Below, piece by piece: positions 54,171 to 64,000 of a stretch of DNA of 64,000 bases. How positions within the stretch are numbered: position 1 is the first letter of the stretch; each line of letters starts with the position of its first letter. A program made the position numbers and the translations under genes. Under the pieces are notes generated by a model. That model was not told where the DNA came from and ran no database searches. It saw only the letters and a program-made list of their open reading frames with translations. The DNA comes from Eledone cirrhosa. Its lineage: Eukaryota. The DNA lies in assembly GCA_964016885.1 (NCBI GenBank), contig OZ024741.1:245582001-245646000 (forward strand), read 5' to 3'.

Positions 54171-56809
54171 GAAGGCTGGAAATCATCTCCCCTTGGCTGG
54201 AAATTATCTCCCCTTGGACGGCTAGAAATTATCTCTCTTTGGACGGCTGGAAATTATCACCCCTTGAGTTTTTTACAAATTATCTCCCCCTGATTTTTTT
54301 TACAAATCTCCCAGTGATTTTTAAAAAAAAATTATCTCCCCTTCGCTGGCTGGAATTTATCTCCCCTTGGACGCTGGAAATTATAGCCCCTTGGAGGGCT
54401 GGAAATTATCTTCCCTTGGACGGCTGGAAATTATCTCCCCTTGATTTTTTTTACAAATTATCTCCCCCTGATTTTTTTTTACAAATTATCTCCCCCTGAT
54501 TTTTTTTTACAACTTATCTGCGCCTGATTTTTTTAAAAAAATTATCTCCCCTTGGACGGCTGGAAATTATCTCTCCTTGGACGGCTAGAATTTACCTCTC
54601 CTTGGACGGCTGAAAATTATCTCCCCTTGGACGGCTGGAAATTATCTCCCCTTGATTTTTTTTACAAATTATCTCCCCCTGATTTTTTTTTACAAATTAT
54701 CTCCCACAGATTTTTTTTTTACAAATTATCTCCCCCTGATTTTTTTTTACAAATTATCTCCCCCTGATTTTTTTACAAATTATCTCCCCTTGGCTGGCTG
54801 GAAATTATCTCCCCTTGGAGGCTGGAACTTATCTCCCCTTGGACGGCTAGAAATTACCTCTCCTTGGACGGCTGGAAAATATGTCTCCTTGGACGGCTGG
54901 ATATTATCTCCCCTTGGACGGCTGGAAATTATCTCCCCTTGGACGGCTGGAAATTATCTCCCCTTGGATGGCTAGATATTACCTCCCCTTGGACGGCTGG
55001 AAATTATCTCCCCTTGATTTTTTTTACAAATTATCTCCCCCTGATTTTTTTTTACAAATTATCTCCCCCTGATTTTTTTTTACAAATTATCTCCCCCTGA
55101 TTTTTGTTTACAAATTATCTCCGCCTGATTTTTTTTTTAAAATTATCTCCCCTTGGACGGCTGGAAATTATCTCCCCTTGGACGGCTAGAAATTACCTCT
55201 CCTTGGACGGCTGAAAATTATCTCCCCTTGGACGGCTGGAAATTATCTCCCCTTGATTTTTTTACAAATTATCTCCCCCTGATTTTTTTTTTACAAATTA
55301 TCTCCCCCTGATTTTTTTTTTACAAATTATCTCCCCCTAATTTTTTTTTACAAATTATCTCCCCCTGATTTTTTTTACAAATTATCTCCCCCCTGATTTT
55401 TTTACAAATTATCTCCCCTTGGCTGGCTGGAAATTATCTCCCCTTGGAGGCTGGAACTTATCTCCCCTTGGACGGCTAGAAATTACCTCTCCTTGGACGG
55501 CTGGAAAATATGTCTCCTTGGACGGCTGGATATTATCTCCCCTTGGACGGCTGGAAATTATCTCCCCTTGGACGGCTGGAAATTATCTCCCCTTGGATGG
55601 CTAGATATTACCTCCCCTTGGACGGCTGGAAATTATCTCCCCTTGATTTTTTTTACAAATTATCTCCCCCTAATTTTTTTTTACAAATTATCTCCCCCTG
55701 ATTTTTTTAAAAAAATTATCTCCCCCTGATTTTTGTTTACAAATTATCTCCGCCTGATTTTTTAAAAAAAATTATCTCCCCTTGGACGGCTGGAAATTAT
55801 CTCCCCTTGGACGGCTGGAAATTATATCTCCTTGGACGGCTAGAATTTACCTCTCCTTGGACGGCTGAAAATTAACTCCCCTTGGACGGCTGGAAATTAT
55901 CTCCCCTTGATTTTTTTACAAATTATCTCCCCCTGATTTTTTTTTACAAATTATCTCCCCCTGATTTTTTTTTACAAATTATCTCCCCCTGATTTTTTTT
56001 TACAAATTATCTCCCCCTGATTTTTTTACAAATTATCTCACCTTGGCTGGCTGGAAATTATCTCCCCTTGGAGGCTGGAACTTATCTCCCCTTGGACGGC
56101 TAGAAATTACCTCTCCTTGGACGGCTGGAAAATATGTCTCCTTGGACGGCTGGATATTATCTCCCCTTGGACGGCTGGAAATTATCTCCCCTTGGACGGC
56201 TGGAAATTATCTCCCCTTGGATGGCTAGATATTACCTCCCCTTGGACGGCTGGAAATTATCTCCCCTTGATTTTGTTTACAAATTATCTCCCCCTGATTT
56301 TTTTTTACAAATTATCTCCCCCTGATTTTTTTTTACAAATTATCTCCCCCTGATTTTTGTTTACAAATTATCTCCGCCTGATTTTTTTTTTTAAATTATC
56401 TCCCCTTGGACGGCTGGAAATTATCTCCCCTCGGACGGCTAGAAATTACCTCTCCTTGGACGGCTGAAAATTATCTCCCCTTGGACGGCTGGAAATTATC
56501 TCCCCTTGATTTTTTTACAAATTATCTCCCCCTGATTTTTTTTTTACAAATTATCTCCCCCTGATTTTTTTTTAGAAATTATCTACCCCTGATTTTTTTT
56601 TACAAATTATCTCCCCCTGATTTTTTTTTACAAATTATCTACCCCTGATTTTTTTTACAAATTATCTCCCCCTGATTTTTTTTACAAATTATCTCCCCCT
56701 GATTTTTTTTTTACAAATTATCTCCCCCTGATTTTTTTACAAATTATCTCCCCCTGATTTTTTTTACAAATTATCTCCGCCGGATTTTTTTAAATATTAT
56801 CTTCCCTTG

Positions 56810-57640
56810 GCTTGCGGGAAATTATCTCCCCTTGGACGGCTGAAAATTATCTCCCCTTGGACGGCTGGAAATTATCTCCCCTTGATTTTTTTTACAAATT
56901 ATCTGCCCCTGATTTTTTTTTACAAATTATCTCCCCCTGATTTTTTTTACAAATTATCTCCCCCTGATTTTTTTTTACAAATTATCTCCCCCTGATTTTT
57001 TTTACAAATTATCTCCCCCTGATTTTTTTTACAAATTATCTCCCCCTGATTTTTTTTTACAAATTATCTCCCCCTGATTTTTTTACAAATTATCTCCCCC
57101 TGATTTTTTTTACAAATTATCCGCCTGATTTTTTAAAATATTATCTCCCCTTGGACGGCTGGAAATTATCTGCCCTTGATTTTCTTTTTACAAATTAACT
57201 TCCACTGATTTTTTTTACAAATTATCTCCACCTGATTTTTTTAAAAATTATCTCCCCTTGGAAGGCTGGAAATTATCTCCCCTTGGCTGGAAATTATCTC
57301 CCCTTGGACGGCTAGAAATTATCTCTCTTTGGACGGCTGGAAATTATCACCCCTTGAGTTTTTTACAAATTATCTCCCCCTGATTTTTTTTACAAATCTC
57401 CCAGTGATTTTTAAAAAAAAATTATCTTCCCTTCGCTGGCTGGAAATTATCTCCCCTTGGACGCTGGAAATTATAGCCCCTTGGAGGGCTGGAAATTATC
57501 TTCCCTTGGACGGCTGGAAATTATCTCCCCTTGATTTTTTTTACAAATTATCTCCCCCTGATTTTTTTTTATAAATTATCTCCCCCTGATTTTTTTTTAC
57601 AACTTATCTGCGCCTGATTTTTTTAAAAAAATTATCTCCC
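56810..57640 (+). repeat. ~0.8 kb block duplicated at offset 5157 (partner ~61965-62795)
   Basis: Marker ORF pairs 56807/61964 and 57329/62486. Shared deletion variant AAATTATCCGCCTG at ~57114 and ~62271. Confidence 0.8.
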
Positions 57641-60600
57641 CTTGGACGGCTGGAAATTATCTCCCCTTGGACGGCTGGAAATTATCTCTCCTTGGACGGC
57701 TAGAATTTACCTCTCCTTGGACGGCTGAAAATTATCTCCCCTTGGACGGCTGGAAATTATCTCCCCTTGATTTTTTTTTCAAATTATCTCCCCCTGATTT
57801 TTTTTTACAAATTATCTCCCCCTGATTTTTTTTTACAAATTATCTCCCCCTGATTTTTTTTTACAAATTATCTCCCCCTGATTTTTTTTACAAATTATCT
57901 CCCCCTGATTTTTTTACAAATTATCTCCCCTTGGCTGGCTGGAAATTATCTCCCCTTGGAGGCTGGAACTTATCTCCCCTTGGACGGCTAGAAATTACCT
58001 CTCCTTGGACGGCTGGAAAATATGTCTCCTTGGACGGCTGGATATTATCTCACCTTGGACGGCTGGAAATTATCTCCCCTTGGACGGCTGGAAATTATCT
58101 CCCCTTGGATGGCTAGATATTACCTCCCCTTGGACGGCTGGAAATTATCTCCCCTTGATTTTTTTTACAAATTATCTCCCCCTGATTTTTTTTTACAAAT
58201 TATCTCCCCCTGATTTTTTTTAAAAAATTATCTCCCCCTGATTTTTGTTTACAAATTATCTCCGCCTGATTTTTTTTAAAAAATTATCTCCCCTTGGACG
58301 GCTGGAAATTATCTCCCCTTGGACGGCTGGAAATTATATCTCCTTGGACGGCTAGAATTTACCTCTCCTTGGACGGCTAAAAATTATCTCCCCTTGGACG
58401 GCTGGAAATTATCTCCCCTTGATTTTTTTTACAAATTATCTCCCCCTGATTTTTTTTTACAAATTATCTCCCCCTGATTTTTTTTTACAAATTATCTCCC
58501 CCTGATTTTTTTTTACAAATTATCTCCCCTGATTTTTTTACAAATTATCTCCCCTTGGCTGGCTGGAAATTATCTCCCCTTGGAGGCTGGAACTTATCTC
58601 CCCTTGGACGGCTAGAAATTACCTCTCCTTGGACGGCTGGAAAATATGTCTCCTTGGACGGCTGGATATTATCTCCCCTTGGACGGCTGGAAATTATCTC
58701 CCCTTGGACGGCTGGAAATTATCTCCCCTTGGATGGCTAGATATTACCTCCCCTTGGACGGCTGGAAATTATCTCCCCTTGATTTTTTTTACAAATTATC
58801 TCCCCCTGATTTTTTTTTACAAATTATCTCCCCCTGATTTTTTTTTACAAATTATCTCCCCCTGATTTTTTTTAAAATTATTTCCCCTTGGACCGCTGGA
58901 AATTATCTCCCCTTGGACGGCTAGAAATTACCTCTCCTTGGACGGCTGAAAATTATCTCCCCTTGGACGGCTGGAAATTATCTCCCCTTGATTTTTTTTA
59001 CAAATTATCTCCCCCTGATTTTTTTTTACAAATTATCTCCCCCTGATTTTTTTTACAAATTATCTCCCCCTGATTTTTTTTACAAATTATCTCCCCCTGA
59101 TTTTTTTTACAAATTATCTCCCCCTGATTTTTTTTACAAATTATCTCCCCCTGATTTTTTTACAAATTATCTCCCCCTGATTTTTTTTACAAATTATCTC
59201 CGCCTGATTTTTTAAAATATTATCTTCCCTTGGCTGGCGGGAAATTATCTCCCCTTGGACGGCTGGAAATTATCTGCCCTTGATTTTCTTTTTACAAATT
59301 AACTTCCACTGATTTTTTTTACAAATTATCTCCACCTGATTTTTTAAAAAATTATCTCCCCTTGCAAGGCTGGAAATTATCTCCCCTTGGCTGGAAATTA
59401 TCTCCCCTTGGACGGCTAGAAATTATCTCTCTTTGGACGGCTGGAAATTATCACCCCTTGAGTTTTTTACAAATTATCTCCCCCTGATTTTTTTTACAAA
59501 TCTCCCAGTGATTTTTAAAAAAAAATTATCTTCCCTTCGCTGGCTGGAAATTATCTCCCCTTGGACGCTGGAAATTATAGCCCCTTGGAGGGCTGGAAAT
59601 TATCTTCCCTTGGACGGCTGGAAATTATCTCCCCTTGGACGGATAGATATTACCTCCCCTTGGACGGCTGGAAATTATCTCCCCTTGATTTTTTTACAAA
59701 TTATCTCCCCCTGATTTATTTTACAAATCTCCCAATGATTTAAAAAAAAAAATTATCTCCCCTTCGCTGGCTGGAAATTATCTCCCCTTGGACGCTGGAA
59801 ATTATAGCCCCTTGGAGGGCTGGAAATTATCTTCCCTTGGACGGCTGGAAATTATCTCCCATTGATTTTTTTTACAAATTATCTCCCCCTGATTTTTTTT
59901 TACAAATTATCTCCCCCTGATTTTTTTTACAAATTATCTACCCCTGATTTTTTTTACAAATTATCTCCCCCTGATTTTTTTTTACAAATTATCTCCCCCT
60001 GATTTTTTTTTACAAATTATGTCCCCCTGATTTTTTTACAAATTATCTCCCCCTGATTTTTTTTACAATCTCCGCCTGATTTTTTTAAAAATTATCTTCC
60101 GTTAGCTGGCTGGAAATTATCTCCCCTTGGACACTGGAAATTATAGCCCCTTGGAGGGCTGGAAATTATCTTCCCTTGGACGGCTGGAAATTATCTCCCC
60201 TTGATTTTTTTTACAAATTATCTCCGCCTGATTTTTTTTTACAAATTATCTCCCCCTGATTTTTCTTTTACAAATTATCTCCCCCTGATTTTTTTACAAA
60301 TTATCTCCCCCTGATTTTTTTTACAAATTATCTCCGCCTGATTTTTTTAAATATTATCTTCCCTTGGCTGGCGGGAAATTATCTCCCCTTGGACGGCTGG
60401 AAATTATCTGCCCTTGATTTTCTTTTTACAAATTATCTTCCACTGATTTTTTTTACAAATTATCTCCACCTGATTTTTTAAAAAATTATCTCCCCTTGGA
60501 AGGCTGGAAATTATCTCCCCTTGGACGGCTAGAAATTATCTCTCCTTGGACGGCTGAAAATTATCTCCCCTTGGACGGCTGCAAATTATCTCCCCTTGAT

Positions 60601-63600
60601 TTTTTTTACAAATTATCTCCCCCTGATTTTTTTTACAAATTATCTCCCCCTAATTTTTTTTACAAATTATCTACCCCTGATTTTTTTTACAAATTATCTC
60701 CCCCTGATTTTTTTTTACAAATTATCTCCCCCTGATTTTTTTTTACAAATTATCTCCCCCTGATTTTTTTTTTACAAATTATCTCCCCCTGATTTTTTTA
60801 CAAATTATCTCCCCCTGATTTTTTTTACAATCTCCGCCTGATTTTTTTAAAAATTATCTTCCCTTGGCTGGCGGGAAATTATCTCCCCTTGGACGGCTGG
60901 AAATTATCTCCCCTTGGAAGGATGGAAATTATCTCCCCTTGGACGGCTGGAAATTATCTCCCCTTGCACGGCTGGAAATTATCTCCCCTTGGCTGGAAAT
61001 TATCTCCCCTTGGACGGCTAGAAATTATCTCTCTTTGGACGGCTGGAAATTATCTCCCTTTGATTTTTTTTACAAATTATCTCCCTCTGATTTTTTTTAC
61101 AAATCTCCCCCTGATTTTTTTAAAAAAATTATCTCCCCTTCGCTGGCTGGAAATTATCTTCCCTTGGACGGCTGGAAATTATCTCCCCTTGATTTTTTTT
61201 ACAAATTATCTCCGCCTGATTTTTTTTAAAAATTATCTCTCCTTAGACGGCTGGAAATTATCTCCCCTTGATTTTTTTTACAAATAATCTCCCCCTGATT
61301 TTTTTATACAAATTATCTCCCCCTGATTTTTTTTTACAAATTATCTACCCCTGATTTTTTTTTACAAATTATCTCCCCCTGATTTTTTTTACAAATTATC
61401 TCCCCCTGATTTTTCTTTTACAAATTATCTCCCCCTGATTTTTTTACAAATTATCTCCCCCTGATTTTTTTTACAAATTGTCTCTGCCTGATTTTTTTAA
61501 ATATTATCTTCCCGTGGCTGGCGGGAAATTACCTCCCCTTGGACGGCTGGAAATTATCTGTCCTTGATTTTCTTTTTACAAATTATCTTCCACTGATTTT
61601 TTTTACAAATTATCTCCACCTGATTTTTTAAAAAATTATCTCCCCTTGGACGGCTGGAAATTATCTCCCCTTGGACGGCTGGAAATTATCTCCCATTGGA
61701 TGGCTAGATATTACCTCCCCTTGGACGGCTGGAAATTATCTCCCCTTGATCTTTTTACAAATTATCTCCCCCTGATTTTTTTTTTACAAATTATCTCCCC
61801 CTGATTTTTTTTTACAAATTATCTACCCCTGATTTTTTTTTACAAATTATCTCCCCCTGATTTTTTTTTTACAAATTATCTCCCCCTGATTTTTTTACAA
61901 ATTATCTCCCCCTGATTTTTTTTACAAATTATCTCCGCCTGATTTTTTAAATATTATCTCTCCTTGGCTGGCGGGAAATTATCTCCCCTTGGACGGCTGA
62001 AAATTATCTCCCCTTGGACGGCTGGAAATTATCTCCCCTTGATTTTTTTTACAAATTATCTCCCCCTGATTTTTTTTTACAAATTATCTCCCCCTGATTT
62101 TTTTTACAAATTATCTCCCCCTGATTTTTTTTTACAAATTATCTCCCCCTGATTTTTTTTACAAATTATCTCCCCCTGATTTTTTTTACAAATTATCTCC
62201 CCCTGATTTTTTTTTACAAATTATCTCCCCCTGATTTTTTTACAAATTATCTCCCCCTGATTTTTTTTACAAATTATCCGCCTGATTTTTTAAAATATTA
62301 TCTCCCCTTGGACGGCTGGAAATTATCTGCCCTTGATTTTCTTTTTACAAATTAACTTCCACTGATTTTTTTTACAAATTATCTCCACCTGATTTTTTTA
62401 AAAATTATCTCCCCTTGGAAGGCTGGAAATTATCTCCCCTTGGCTGGAAATTATCTCCCCTTGGACGGCTAGAAATTATCTCTCTTTGGACGGCTGGAAA
62501 TTATCACCCCTTGAGTTTTTTACAAATTATCTCCCCCTGATTTTTTTTACAAATCTCCCAGTGATTTTTAAAAAAAAATTATCTTCCCTTCGCTGGCTGG
62601 AAATTATCTCCCCTTGGACGCTGGAAATTATAGCCCCTTGGAGGGCTGGAAATTATCTTCCCTTGGACGGCTGGAAATTATCTCCCCTTGATTTTTTTTA
62701 CAAATTATCTCCCCCTGATTTTTTTTTATAAATTATCTCCCCCTGATTTTTTTTTACAACTTATCTGCGCCTGATTTTTTTAAAAAAATTATCTTCCCTT
62801 GGACGGCTGGAAATTATCTCCCCTTGGACGGCTGGAAATTATTTCTCCTTGGACGGCTAGAATTTACCTCTCCTTGGACGGCTGAAAATTATCTCCCCTT
62901 GGACGGCTGGAAATTATCTCCCCTTGATTTTTTTTACAAATTATCTCCCCCTGATTTTTTTTTACAAATTATCTCCCCCTGATTTTTTTTTACAAATTAT
63001 CTCCCCCTGATTTTTTTTTACAAATTATCTCCCCATGATTTTTTTTACAAATTATCTCCCCCTGATTTTTTTACAAATTATCTCCCCTTGGCTGGCTGGA
63101 AATTATCTCCCCTTGGAGGCTGGAACTTATCTCCCCTTGGACGGCTAGAAATTACCTCTCCTTGGACGGCTGGAAAATATGTCTCCTTGGACGGCTGGAT
63201 ATTATCTCCCCTTGGACGGCTGGAAATTATCTCCCCTTGGACGGCTGGAAATTATCTCCCCTTGGATGGCTAGATATTACCTCCCCTTGGACGGCTGGAA
63301 ATTATCTCCCCTTGATTTTTTTTACAAATTATCTCCCCCTGATTTTTTTTTACAAATTATCTCCCCGATTTTTTTTTACAAATTATCTACCCCTGATTTT
63401 TTTTTACAAATTATCTCCCCCTGATTTTTTTTACAAATTATCTCCCCCTGATTTTTCTTTTACAAATTATCTCCCCCTGATTTTTTTTACAAATTATCTC
63501 CGCCTGATTTTTTTAAATATTATCTTCCCTTGGCTGGCGGGAAATTATCTCCCCTTGGACGGCTGGAAATTATCTGCCCTTGATTTTCTTTTTACAAATT

Positions 63601-64000
63601 ATCTTCCACTGATTTTTTTTACAAATTATCTCCACCTGATTTTTTAAAAAATTATCTCCCCTTGGAAGGCTGGAAATTATCTCCCCTTGGCTGGAAATTA
63701 TCTCCCCTTGGACGGCTAGAAATTATCTCTCTTTGGACGGCTGGAAATTATCACCCCTTGAGTTTTTTACAAATTATCTCCCCCTGATTTTTTTTACAAA
63801 TCTCCCAGTGTTTTTTAAAAAAAATTATCTCCCCTTCGCTGGCTGGAAATTATCTCCCCTTGGACGCTGGAAATTATAGCCCCTTGGAGGGCTGGAAATT
63901 ATCTTCCCTTGGACGGCTGGAAATTATCTCCCCTTGATTTTTTTTACAAATTATCTCCCCCTGATTTTTTTTTACAAATTATCTCCTCCTGATTTTTTTT

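Larger units (their letters stand above)
4124..64000. repeat. Compound two-monomer satellite array: A = AAATTATCTCCCCTTGGACGGCTGG (25 bp), B = AAATTATCTCCCCCTGA(T)7-10AC (26-29 bp), in alternating runs
   Basis: Read directly: every segment inspected parses into A or B monomers or minor variants, such as a 21-bp A lacking GACG, a 24-bp GGACGCTGG form, and B with short heads ACAAATCTCC or ACAATCTCC. About 2,300 monomers, estimated from length/~26 bp. One orientation throughout. Confidence 0.97.

Noticed and set aside
4265-63647. Hundreds of short + strand ORFs (MDGWKLSPLGRLEIISPWTAGNYLPL..., YKLSPPDFF repeats)
   Set aside because: They are translations of the satellite. The 25-bp A monomer has no + strand stop and cycles through all three frames. 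Variable T tracts shift frame constantly, overlapping frames give the same peptides, and most starts are TTG within the monomer. There is no sign of coding constraint.
4124-64000. CRISPR-like look (constant head plus variable segment)
   Set aside because: The intervening segments are only 9-13 bp and of two recurring types rather than unique spacers. There is no leader and no cas gene.
4124-64000. Rho-independent terminators or Pol III units suggested by T tracts after GC-rich sequence
   Set aside because: No stable hairpin precedes the T tracts, no A/B box or upstream gene is evident, and the tracts are simply part of monomer B.
4124-64000. Strong intrinsic curvature from phased T tracts in B runs
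   Set aside because: The 27-28 bp spacing is about 2.6 helical turns, so successive tracts are largely out of phase and bends should mostly cancel.
1-64000. T-tract length variation as pure homopolymer sequencing error
   Set aside because: Offsets between duplicated blocks stay constant within about 1 bp over several kb, so most tract lengths are reproduced between copies. Occasional single-base errors cannot be excluded.
4124-64000. Transposon, retroelement or rDNA insertion inside the array
   Set aside because: I found no non-satellite segment, terminal repeat or target-site duplication on either strand by eye.

Overview
The window is entirely tandem satellite DNA. I see no credible gene, RNA gene, transposon or CRISPR array. 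It has three parts. (1) 1-3923: a T/A/G-rich short satellite, consensus AATGGA(T)5-10 (about 11-16 bp), with cryptic kb-scale internal duplications. (2) 3924-4123: a 200-N assembly gap. (3) 4124-64000, running off the window edge: a compound satellite built from two monomers that share the head AAATTATCTCCCCYTG. Type A is head+GACGGCTGG (25 bp) and type B is head+A(T)7-10AC (26-29 bp). A and B occur in alternating runs with stereotyped junction monomers and are organised into nested higher-order duplications (about 0.6, 1.1, 5.1-5.9, 7.0 and 7.5 kb offsets, plus a ~15 kb block duplicated at ~29 kb offset). All listed ORFs are translations of these monomers; I used them only as positional markers to measure offsets. 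The overall picture suggests eukaryotic heterochromatin (centromeric, pericentromeric or subtelomeric), which is an inference. I cannot identify the organism or assign the satellites to a named family. Duplication boundaries were read by eye and are approximate.
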